The notes below the pieces were generated by a model. That model was not told the DNA's origin and made no database searches. It saw nothing but the letters and a program-made list of their open reading frames with translations. Below, in pieces: positions 15,679 to 23,378 of a stretch of DNA of 23,378 nt (within the stretch, counting starts at the first letter, position 1; each line of letters opens with the position of its first letter). This DNA is from Candidatus Heimdallarchaeota archaeon (GTDB lineage Archaea > Asgardarchaeota > Heimdallarchaeia > Heimdallarchaeales > Heimdallarchaeaceae), in NCBI GenBank assembly GCA_019057375.1, contig DXJF01000121.1:1-23378 (forward strand), read 5' to 3'. Both the position numbers and the translations under genes were made by a program.

Positions 15679-16995
15679 TTGAATTATATTAACAATATTT
15701 CTAATAACAAAATTTCCTTTTCTGCAGCGAAAGTAAGGTTGGCTTCGAAATCTGGAAATCGTTGTGCAATGACAGGATGTTATAAACAACTTGTATTCAA
15801 AGATAGGGAAAGTGGTGCAGAAGTTTTTATTGCTCAAACACATCATATTCGTTCTATAGATAAAAAACATTCTAGGTATGATCCTAATTTTCATGTTGAG
15901 AAATATAATAATACAGAAAATCTAATCTTGTTTTGTTCTGATTGTCATAAGATTGTTCATGATGCTCCAAATTACTATTCTATAGAAATCCTCCTGAAAA
16001 TAAAGAAAGAACGTGAAGAGAAAGTTGATAATAACGAAGCTTTTATTCAAAAGGTTGAGGAAGAAAAGCAAGAATTTGAAGAAGCTTTTGAAGAGTTTTC
16101 ACTTCTTCCAATGCTAACAGATTTTCACAAGAGAAGGAAGCATTGGCTAAACGACAGGTTAAAAGGTGTTTTCAATGAATTTAATCCAATAAACTACCAA
16201 AATGTGTTTGAATCACAATTTCCTAAAACAGGTTTAATTACTTCTGTATGGAAAAAAGATTACGGATTGATGTCTGATGATTATTATAAACTGTATTCTG
16301 TCCAAAATTACAATACAAGTGAGGATATAGATATAAGTGCTTTTGAAACTGCTGTACCATCTTTCAATACTGATTCACTTGTGGTCAGGAATGTCTTGGA
16401 GACAGAATTTGCCAAAATTGTTTTAGACCTTATAAAACTTGAAGAAACACAAAGTGATTCTTGCTTCATTTATGAGAATTTTTCAGAAATAATAGAAAAT
16501 ATATCTCACTTCAATAAACCTCTACTATTATTAGATGACCATACAGATGATTTGATTGATTTTAATTCTAAGGAACCTAAAGTGTTTATGGATATCTTCT
16601 TTGCAAGAAATGTGGAAAGTGTTAAGTATCGCAAGGTATCAATGAAAGTCAATGATGTTAAACTAAATATTATAAAATATCATATTCCTACAAAACTAAG
16701 AGAAAAATATCCACAGTTTTCAGAGACTAAAGGGATAATCATTGATCAAGACAAAGTTGAATATAGAATTAAGGAACCTCTTAGAGTGGAATGGAGAGTA
16801 AAAAAAGATGCAGTGAAAGTTATTGAACATGATGATGCTTCTTCAACTAGAAATCTAGATAAGGATTATTTCAATTTCAGATGTTTCACTTTAGCTGAAA
16901 TAAAAAACCATGATACTACAATAATCTGGAAATATACAGGTGAAGAGCTAGAAATATTAAAAGAAAAGAAGAAGAAACTTCAAAAGCTGACTTAA
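15679..16995 (+). CDS. HNH endonuclease (N-terminal) fused via a charged helical linker to an uncharacterised C-terminal domain, possibly HK97/encapsulin-like
   Basis: SGNRCAMTGC...HHI...RYDP...NNTENLILFCSDCHKIVH is the effector-type HNH seen in HNH-SAVED and similar fusions; E/K-rich aa 105-165; the C-terminal call is tentative. Confidence 0.75.
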   Translation: MNYINNISNNKISFSAAKVRLASKSGNRCAMTGCYKQLVFKDRESGAEVFIAQTHHIRSIDKKHSRYDPNFHVEKYNNTENLILFCSDCHKIVHDAPNYYSIEILLKIKKEREEKVDNNEAFIQKVEEEKQEFEEAFEEFSLLPMLTDFHKRRKHWLNDRLKGVFNEFNPINYQNVFESQFPKTGLITSVWKKDYGLMSDDYYKLYSVQNYNTSEDIDISAFETAVPSFNTDSLVVRNVLETEFAKIVLDLIKLEETQSDSCFIYENFSEIIENISHFNKPLLLLDDHTDDLIDFNSKEPKVFMDIFFARNVESVKYRKVSMKVNDVKLNIIKYHIPTKLREKYPQFSETKGIIIDQDKVEYRIKEPLRVEWRVKKDAVKVIEHDDASSTRNLDKDYFNFRCFTLAEIKNHDTTIIWKYTGEELEILKEKKKKLQKLT

Positions 16996-17034
16996 CTATT
17001 GTAGAAAAGATATTTCACTCTATCAATTGGATAT

Positions 17035-17262
17035 TTATCGTTTATTAAGTTCGTCTGTAGAGATTGATCCACTTTGATATCTCCTTTTAACGGTTGAAGA
17101 TGTTAATACTATAACTGAGATTAAACTCACCATTATAGAGAGTGAATGAAGGGGGGTTTTTCTTGTTGATGGATTAACAAAAGGAATAGTTTTACTAGAA
17201 GTTCTTCCCACTCCATCTAAAGCTACAAAAGTTATAATTACAGATCCTCCGTTTGGTATCAT
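17035..17262 (-). pseudogene. C-terminal remnant of a surface protein (end of an Ig-like domain plus TM anchor)
   Basis: IPNGGSVIITFVALDGVGRTSS resembles the last strands of Ig-like repeats (NG.Y.I...A.D..G..S), followed by a hydrophobic helix and KRR; a stop lies 2 codons upstream of the ATG. Confidence 0.45.
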
Positions 17263-17281
17263 CAGTTATAGTAGAAAAATG

Positions 17282-17547
17282 TCAATATATTCTCTTATTA
17301 ATCCTCATTAAGGGGATATTTTGATACATCTTGTTTGGTTTGAGTATTATCTTTCCCTCCAACAATTTTTACTCAAAGAACTTCTCTGCTACCACCAAAG
17401 TCCACCTTCTTCTCTTCAGCTCTCTTCAAGAACTCTTCAAAGGAATATTTCTTCTCTTTCAGTTTGTCCATTATCTTCTCTAAAATCTCCAAACAGTCCA
17501 GAAAAACTTATTTTCTCGCCTATCTTTTCGAAACAGTTTTTTTCCAT
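17282..17547 (-). pseudogene. Decayed winged-helix protein gene (resembles the MCM C-terminal wH)
   Basis: Joined over two frameshifts and one TAA: MEKNCFEKIGEK/FLDCLEILEKIMDKLKEKKYSFEEFLKRAEEKKVD/VVAEKFFE*KLLEGKIILKPNKMYQ. Confidence 0.45.
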
Positions 17548-17607
17548 TATAAAAAGAATTGATATAAAAGGGTAACAGAGTTTAAGAATTAAAAGGATAG
17601 AGAAAGT

Positions 17608-18105
17608 TCACAGAGTGGAAACATCTAACATTGCTTTTTCTATTTTTAGTTTTCCTTGTTTCTCTAAAGAATGAATAGCATTCACAATTGCTTGAGCTGA
17701 TAAAGGATAGAACAAAGGATTAATCCCATCTGTTACTCCAGAAGTTTGTACAATAATAATTGCTTGGTAGATAGATATTTTCTCTTGATTTGTACTCTTT
17801 TTATAATATTGTAGAGCTTGAGTGACCTGATCGATTGAATATTCGTGAGGAACAGGAATCCCAATGGATGAGATTTTTTTAGTAAGTTTTTTCAAGATCA
17901 TATCTCTTTTTCCTTGATTACATTCTTGACACAAAGTCCAAAGATTGTCAAAGTCATCTGTACCCCCCTTGGAAATTGGAATAAAATGGTCAACGGTCAA
18001 TTTTATGTTATCTTCACGACCACGACCACAAAAACGACATTTATAATTATCTCTGCTAAAAATTAATGTATTAACTTCTTTACTAATGTCCCTTCTTGAT
18101 GTCAT
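17608..18105 (-). CDS. McrA-like HNH endonuclease with C-terminal helical (winged-helix-like) extension
   Basis: IFSRDNYKCRFCG, VDHFIPISKGGTDDFDNLWTLCQECNQGK (H-N-N with CxxC pairs); C-terminal AIHSLEKQGKLKIE. Confidence 0.9.
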   Translation of the reverse strand: MTSRRDISKEVNTLIFSRDNYKCRFCGRGREDNIKLTVDHFIPISKGGTDDFDNLWTLCQECNQGKRDMILKKLTKKISSIGIPVPHEYSIDQVTQALQYYKKSTNQEKISIYQAIIIVQTSGVTDGINPLFYPLSAQAIVNAIHSLEKQGKLKIEKAMLDVSTL

Positions 18106-18367
18106 TTATTTTGTGTACATCGTACTAAACTTAAAGTTTCTTCATGAAATTATCTTTTTTTAATCAAGAAAAAACAAATGTTCTAATCTAAGATTGGGGT
18201 ATACGTAGGAATAGGAACAATCATACTAGTAGAAACTCTGTGATCGTTACTCTATGCTAGCTGCTGTTTCTACTTTAGAAAAAGACTTTTGACTATTTAA
18301 ACTGCAATAGACTGAAAGAGATATACTATTGTGATATGTTTATAACAGTGTTTACATTAAAATCAGT

Positions 18368-18523
18368 ATGAAACAGACTTGCTATATGTGTCAAAAAGAA
18401 CCTCTAGCAAGATGTCTCCATTGTAACCATCCAATCTGTAAAGAACACTCAACTGCTTATAATTCAAGTACAAAAAAAGCGTTTTGTCCAGCATGTATAA
18501 AGTATTATCATAAAGAAAATTAG
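18368..18523 (+). CDS. 51-aa two-zinc finger protein (AN1/B-box-like spacing), not in the ORF track
   Basis: MKQTCYMCQKEPLARCLHCNHPICKEHSTAYNSSTKKAFCPACIKYYHKEN: C-x2-C-x7-C-x2-C-x4-C-x2-H-x12-C-x2-C. Confidence 0.8.
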   Translation: MKQTCYMCQKEPLARCLHCNHPICKEHSTAYNSSTKKAFCPACIKYYHKEN

Positions 18524-18541
18524 ATTGTTTTTCTTGTTATT

Positions 18542-18711
18542 CTATTCTTTAAATACCATTTCTTCTTCTATCAGTTTTCCTCTATTGACTACTCCACAGT
18601 TTATGCAAACCATCTCTCATCTGATGTCATCGGTTATGAAAGAGATTTTCCACATTTTGAACAAGATTCTTCTTCTCTCCGATTTGTTTATCTCTGTTCT
18701 ACCTTTATCAT
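18542..18711 (-). pseudogene. Decayed stand-alone TFB/TFIIB-type zinc-ribbon gene
   Basis: MIKVEQR*TNRREEESCSKCGKS / FITDDIR*EMVCINCGVVNRGKLIEEEMVFKE; one 1-nt frameshift and two stops; matches CxxCG-x-D..RGE.VCxxCG.V. Confidence 0.6.
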
Positions 18712-18716
18712 ATTCC

Positions 18717-18959
18717 TCACCCTGTATTGATAAAGTGGGTGACTATAACATAGAACATCCCTCCCAGAACAAGGACTATCCCTGCTCTGTAAAACAGTAG
18801 AGCAATAGAAGTTTTTCATATCTTGGATGTTTCTATTATCTTTTTCTGTTTCTCGTCTAATCTTATTGTTCTGAATAGTTCCATTATTGGTCTGATATAC
18901 ACTACCAATCCTATGAAACAAATTATTGCTCCTGCAAAGACAGCAAAAATAATGTTCAT
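18717..18959 (-). pseudogene. Two-TM small membrane protein interrupted by one in-frame TGA
   Basis: MNIIFAVFAGAIICFIGLVVYI...IIETSKI*(18816-18)KTSIALLFYRAGIVLVLGGMFYVIVTHFINTG*; the second TM helix continues in frame after the stop. Confidence 0.65.
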
Positions 18960-19423
18960 TCTCTGTTCAAAGTTCTCTTGACTGTTTCTTAAAAATATCA
19001 GTTCTATCAGTGTTGCTTTGAGAAAAATTACAAGTAATATTCCTTGACTTTGGATTATCTTCAAATTTTCTCTGTTAGCTTTAGTATGAATTGTTTTTTT
19101 CTGTTTTTTTTCACGTTATTTTCTTTTGTACCCACTTCTTTCACCTTTCCTAGAAGGGGAATGAGCGAACAAGAAGAATGATGTTCAAACATATATCGGA
19201 AAAATGGTTTATATAGATTGTATAGATGTTAAAGAGGTTCATACATTGTCTAATTGCATGTGGGTACGTGCTGTTTAAATTTCCAATATATGTCAATTCT
19301 AATTTCTATTTGCTCTATATTTTCATTCGTTGAATATAGGAATATTTATACTAGAATACTATTTATGTGGAAAATAGAATTTTAGAAAAGATGATTTATT
19401 TACATAATTGTCTTTCACATTTA

Positions 19424-22400
19424 TTAGATATAATAATCTAATTTTTCTTTATACTTATTTTTTTCAATCATCTTATGTTCTATTTTTGTGTACAAATTAT
19501 CTAGATCCTTTGTAAGAGAGAATGTCCTTTCAATAACTGCAACAATTGTTTTGAAATATTTCAAATCCTTCAAACCCAGTTCATTTCCCTTTCTTCTTCT
19601 CAACCATTGCTTTAATACTTGGTATCCGCCAATTCTATAATCCCAAACATTCTTTTTAACTCCGGTAAAATATTGTTCTTTATTAATTTCTAATCTTTCA
19701 TGATTTTCATCATATCTCAGATGCTCAACTATATTATCTCCAGGATTTGGAAAGCCAATATGTTTTGTTTCTACGAGTAATTTATCTTCTTCTTTTAAAA
19801 GATGTAAATTTGCAAGTTCTTGACCCTTTTTCGACATAGCAATAAACAATCTAAATGAGGTTGGAAAAGGTATCTTTGGCATATCATAATCAAGACAGGA
19901 TTGCCATTTTTCCCTATAATGGTTGGAGTAAAGAATCCCGTAAATGTAATAGAGTACCTTTTCTGCTATTTTCTCATTATCATTTAGGATATTTCCATTG
20001 TGATCATCAACAGCTTCAGTTTTGTAAGAGCCTCTTAACAAACTTAGAAGTCTTTCCTTGATATTCAAAGATAGTTTTTCTCCTTTTCCTTTCTTATAAT
20101 GTAATGGACAGAGTATAGATGACCCTCTATAAGTTACTAGAACCTGATCTGGCATATCTGATACAATAAAAACCATATCCCAAGGATATTTGCTTGGTCT
20201 ACCAGATCTACCAACAACTAGGGCAAGTTCCTCAGATTCATTTCCTCTTAAATGCTCTGCTCTTCCCCTTGCTGTAATTTGAACAAATCCCTCTTGATAG
20301 AAGATATATTGAAAATCAAATGGACGGTAATGTATCCTTCGAATATATTCTTCGACTTTCTTATTGGAATTTCTTAAGGTGGTAACATAATTATTTATTC
20401 GTTCTTCTGTCCAATCATTTCCTTTCCACTTCATAAGATTATATCGCTGTATAAGTTCAGTGACAGATAAATCGCGATTCTTGAATTCATCAAATCGTCT
20501 AACAAGATTTTCTTGTTTCAAGTCAATAGATAACTCGTCTCTACTTGTTTGAACACCAATTTGAGCAACGTAAAAAATATCCTCTCGAAAATCGAAAAAT
20601 TTTTCCCATGATTCACTTTTCTCACGACTTATCTGGTGTCTATTTAATAAGAAATAAGGTCCCCTAGGTTGTATTTTCTCAAAAAAGTCTCCTTTTTCAT
20701 ACAATTGCAAAATACGTGAATTTTTCAAACTGTCCAATTTCTCTATAGCTGAACCCCAAACATCACCATAATAAACATTGGCAAAACCTAGTTCATCCTT
20801 TCCCTCAAATTCATTATTCTTGTATTTGATTAAAAAGAACATACAAACCCCAGTTTGAATGTTAAATACGTTTTCATTTTTCATATCTTTAGGCGGAGTT
20901 TCTTCTCGAGCATCTCCATGTAAATCATAGATAAAGATTTCATCAAATGCTTTAAGCAGACTCTCTCTCATTCCTCTATGAATTCTTCCTCTCAAAAAAT
21001 TGTTATTTGTTATAAATGCTACAATTCCACCTTTCTTTGATTCGGAAATTTTCCAATGGGCGAATCGTATGAACTTAATATAATCATCGGACAAAGGTTG
21101 TAAATTTTCTCTAGATTTTTTATCACTTGGTTTGTAATCTTTCATCAAATTTTCAATAAATGAATGTTGATTTGTGGAACCGATTTTGTAAGGAGGATTA
21201 CCCATTACAACAAAAATTGGTGTCTTTGCTTTTACTCTATTAGCTAATCGCCCCTCAGTGGTTAATGCAAGAAATCCTGTTAAGTCTGAGGGTTCATTTT
21301 TTGTTTCCAATGCGTTTGTAAGATATAGTTTGAATCTATCAGTTTCTTTAAGTGGAAATTTCAAAGATTTGAAATACATTCTTAGTTTGAAATGACTGAT
21401 AGCATATGCTGTAACCATTATCTCAAATGCGTAGAAGTTCTTCAGTATATGCTCATTTATCAATGAGCCAAAGGTTCCAAGATCCCCTCTGTTTGCAAGC
21501 TTACCACATACACAGTTGATTGTCTGAAGAATGAATGTTAATGTACCAGCACATGGATCTAAGACAGAAACCTTTGGATTCGCGAAACCATCATTAACTT
21601 TGAATCTTTTTTCTAACATTTGATCAACAGAATTAACCATGAAATTTACAATTTGAATTGGAGTATAGTACACTCCTTTTATCTTTTTCAAATTTGGATT
21701 GTAGGATTCGAGAAATTTTTCATAGAAATAGATAGTAGGGTCTATTCTACTATCATTAAAAAATGAAAAGACATGATCCAAATCTGTATTATTTAGCAAT
21801 TGTATTATACTATTACAACAAAATTCAACATTTTTTGGCATTTTAATCATAAATTGAGTATATAACTCCACCAGAACAGGTATACTTTGAGGGATTTCTT
21901 TCCACACAGAAGAAATTGTCAATGGTTCTTTCTTTTCTTCAGCTTTTTCATGATGAACAACCGCTAGTAGCAAACTATAACAGATAGTTTGTGCTAACAT
22001 GTCTGAAAATTCCTCGTGAGAAATATTTTCAATTAGAGAGTTTCTAAAACCTTTAAATAAAGATTCAATTGCTTGGACCCTAAATATCACTCCATTTTCT
22101 GTCTCAGTCAGATATGAAATAAAAATATCTTTCATAATTGCCGTTAATCTAGAAAGAGAGTTTGTTAACCTGTTGATATCTTTTATTTTCCTAGCTTTGA
22201 AACTGAAGAAATCTGTGAAACACTCTCTTAATTGCTTTATATTGTTTGGTTTTATTTTGAAATGTTCTTTTTGTAATTCTTCACTTGAGCATAAATTTAT
22301 TCTTATTAATTGTGAGCTTTCATTTAAAAAGATAAATTCTCTGAAATTGGTTAGACATATGTTTGGAAAAGCATTCTTATATCTTAATACTTGTTCAGAT

Positions 22401-22675
22401 TGAATGAAGGCTTTAATTTTTAAATTTGGACTTTTCGCTTCAATATATCCCTGAATCAGCTCACCATTTAAAACTATGAAATCTGGCATCCCCCACTTTT
22501 CTACAGGATTAACAATTACTCTTTTATCTGGTGTATCAAATATGTTGGAAATAAACTCGGATAAAATAGGATAGAAGGACTGTTCTGTTGATTTTTCTGT
22601 TTCCAACACAGACTTGATATCTAGTAAATAATTGTCCAAGTATTTCTCGAAAGCTATTTCTGATACTATAACCAT
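19424..22675 (-). CDS. Single-polypeptide restriction-modification enzyme (PD-(D/E)xK nuclease + N6-adenine MTase + Type ISP-like specificity domain; no helicase, Type IIL/IIG-like)
   Basis: PDF-x11-EAK nuclease motif, YYTP, DPCAGT (motif I), MGNPPY (motif IV), YIKFIR, C-terminal YYIYGILYS...YR...PKIP and VWDYRIGGYQVLKQWL; 1083 aa intact. Confidence 0.9.
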   Translation of the reverse strand: MVIVSEIAFEKYLDNYLLDIKSVLETEKSTEQSFYPILSEFISNIFDTPDKRVIVNPVEKWGMPDFIVLNGELIQGYIEAKSPNLKIKAFIQSEQVLRYKNAFPNICLTNFREFIFLNESSQLIRINLCSSEELQKEHFKIKPNNIKQLRECFTDFFSFKARKIKDINRLTNSLSRLTAIMKDIFISYLTETENGVIFRVQAIESLFKGFRNSLIENISHEEFSDMLAQTICYSLLLAVVHHEKAEEKKEPLTISSVWKEIPQSIPVLVELYTQFMIKMPKNVEFCCNSIIQLLNNTDLDHVFSFFNDSRIDPTIYFYEKFLESYNPNLKKIKGVYYTPIQIVNFMVNSVDQMLEKRFKVNDGFANPKVSVLDPCAGTLTFILQTINCVCGKLANRGDLGTFGSLINEHILKNFYAFEIMVTAYAISHFKLRMYFKSLKFPLKETDRFKLYLTNALETKNEPSDLTGFLALTTEGRLANRVKAKTPIFVVMGNPPYKIGSTNQHSFIENLMKDYKPSDKKSRENLQPLSDDYIKFIRFAHWKISESKKGGIVAFITNNNFLRGRIHRGMRESLLKAFDEIFIYDLHGDAREETPPKDMKNENVFNIQTGVCMFFLIKYKNNEFEGKDELGFANVYYGDVWGSAIEKLDSLKNSRILQLYEKGDFFEKIQPRGPYFLLNRHQISREKSESWEKFFDFREDIFYVAQIGVQTSRDELSIDLKQENLVRRFDEFKNRDLSVTELIQRYNLMKWKGNDWTEERINNYVTTLRNSNKKVEEYIRRIHYRPFDFQYIFYQEGFVQITARGRAEHLRGNESEELALVVGRSGRPSKYPWDMVFIVSDMPDQVLVTYRGSSILCPLHYKKGKGEKLSLNIKERLLSLLRGSYKTEAVDDHNGNILNDNEKIAEKVLYYIYGILYSNHYREKWQSCLDYDMPKIPFPTSFRLFIAMSKKGQELANLHLLKEEDKLLVETKHIGFPNPGDNIVEHLRYDENHERLEINKEQYFTGVKKNVWDYRIGGYQVLKQWLRRRKGNELGLKDLKYFKTIVAVIERTFSLTKDLDNLYTKIEHKMIEKNKYKEKLDYYI

Positions 22676-22910
22676 ATTATTCCTCTATATTTTTAACATA
22701 TCAAGGTTTTTATCTTTTACTGAACGCCTTCCTATCATTACAAAACGATCTATCTCCTCTACTCTTCTTCTGTCTTTATCTTAAATCTAGACATTTATAA
22801 TGGGATTTGCGCGAATATGCCACTTTATTAACGAGTTTATTTATTATCTTTACAGACTAGTCCTTACCCTTCTTTTTGTTCATCCCACCAAACTCTTAGA
22901 GTTGATCAAC

Positions 22911-23300
22911 ATGAGTCAGAAACAACTACCAAAATATGATTTGAACAAGCTTAGATTTTTCCTTTCTCAATTTAAAGAATTGATTGAGGATATTGAATTA
23001 TTGAAAAAACAGCGTGCTCTTCTTGAACTTCCTTTGAATCTTTCTATTAATCTTGCGCCTGTCGATATGAATGACGAAGATTCTTTTCATCAAGTTCTCT
23101 GAGATCATTAACAGATGCTTCATCAGGGAGCTAAAGATCCTTTAATTTTTGGTCTTAAAAAAATCTTTGAGCAGACTTACAAAGATTTCAGAGAATCCGT
23201 ACAAAATGATTCAAATTATTTTATTAAATTCATTGAAGAAATTGAAAAATTATCTAGTTTAGATACTGTTCTCTTAAAACTCACAGAGGATATCTCATAA
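22911..23300 (+). pseudogene. Helical hypothetical protein split by two in-frame stops
   Basis: The track ORFs 22800-23102 and 23115-23300 are in the same frame: ...DSFHQVL*DH*QMLHQGAKD...; likely start is the ATG at 22911 (129 codons before the final stop). Confidence 0.6.
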
Positions 23301-23378
23301 GTTGTTATCAGAAGTGTCTTGATGGGGGACATTCATTTTTAGTTGGACTTCTTTTATTATACATCAAAAGAATTATTC

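Noticed and set aside
18178-18300. Hydrophobic stop-interrupted plus-strand frame and a 9-bp inverted repeat (18228-18274)
   Set aside because: Could be another membrane-gene remnant, but it is too short and motif-free to distinguish from chance.
19128-19267. 8-bp inverted repeat GTACCCAC/GTGGGTAC enclosing 140 bp (MITE?)
   Set aside because: Too short, no target-site duplication and no second copy in the window; the interval may instead hold another frameshifted micro-ORF that I cannot support.
21530-21560. RM methyltransferase motif I reading DPCAGTLTF rather than GTGTF, suggesting inactivation
   Set aside because: From my recollection of this enzyme family the GTLTF variant is common, and NPPY and the rest of the ORF are intact.
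1394-22403. Other short track ORFs overlapping long genes (e.g. 1394, 1749, 1945, 2589, 5259, 8652, 8923, 9280, 9620, 12454, 12534, 12560, 14635, 15640, 17321, 18525, 18688, 19855, 22173)
   Set aside because: Antisense or out-of-frame shadows of better-supported genes, with no recognisable motifs.
17282-23300. Stop-codon reassignment or Sec/Pyl readthrough explaining the in-frame stops
   Set aside because: The interruptions are a mix of TGA and TAA and co-occur with frameshifts, while TGA, TAA and TAG all terminate conserved genes normally elsewhere in the window.

Overview
AT-rich archaeal window. Rpo10, a geranylgeranyl-reductase family enzyme, an initiator tRNA-Met with A1-U72 and a BHB intron, and TATA-like promoters point to Archaea. 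An Asgard/Heimdallarchaeia-like origin is only an inference from gene style. The left part (1-9 kb) is mostly housekeeping: partial rpo10, GGR-family reductase, PLP aminotransferase, a short alpha3-truncated histone, THUMP protein, tRNA-iMet, M28 peptidase and a TetR regulator. A 482-bp single-gene element sits between 42-bp direct repeats of the tRNA 3' end. The middle holds an APH(3')-like kinase and a solo TnpB-family nuclease with a Fanzor-like rearranged RuvC site. That gene has a structured downstream region containing a degenerate 44-bp direct repeat and an upstream hairpin. The right part (12-23 kb) is an accessory/defence-like island: a membrane-anchored HerA/VirB4-like ATPase, an HNH nuclease fused to a possible HK97/encapsulin-like domain, a second HNH nuclease, a 51-aa two-zinc finger missed by the ORF track, an intact single-chain restriction-modification enzyme, and several small genes broken by stops or frameshifts. 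All family calls are by-eye motif recognition; no database search was run.
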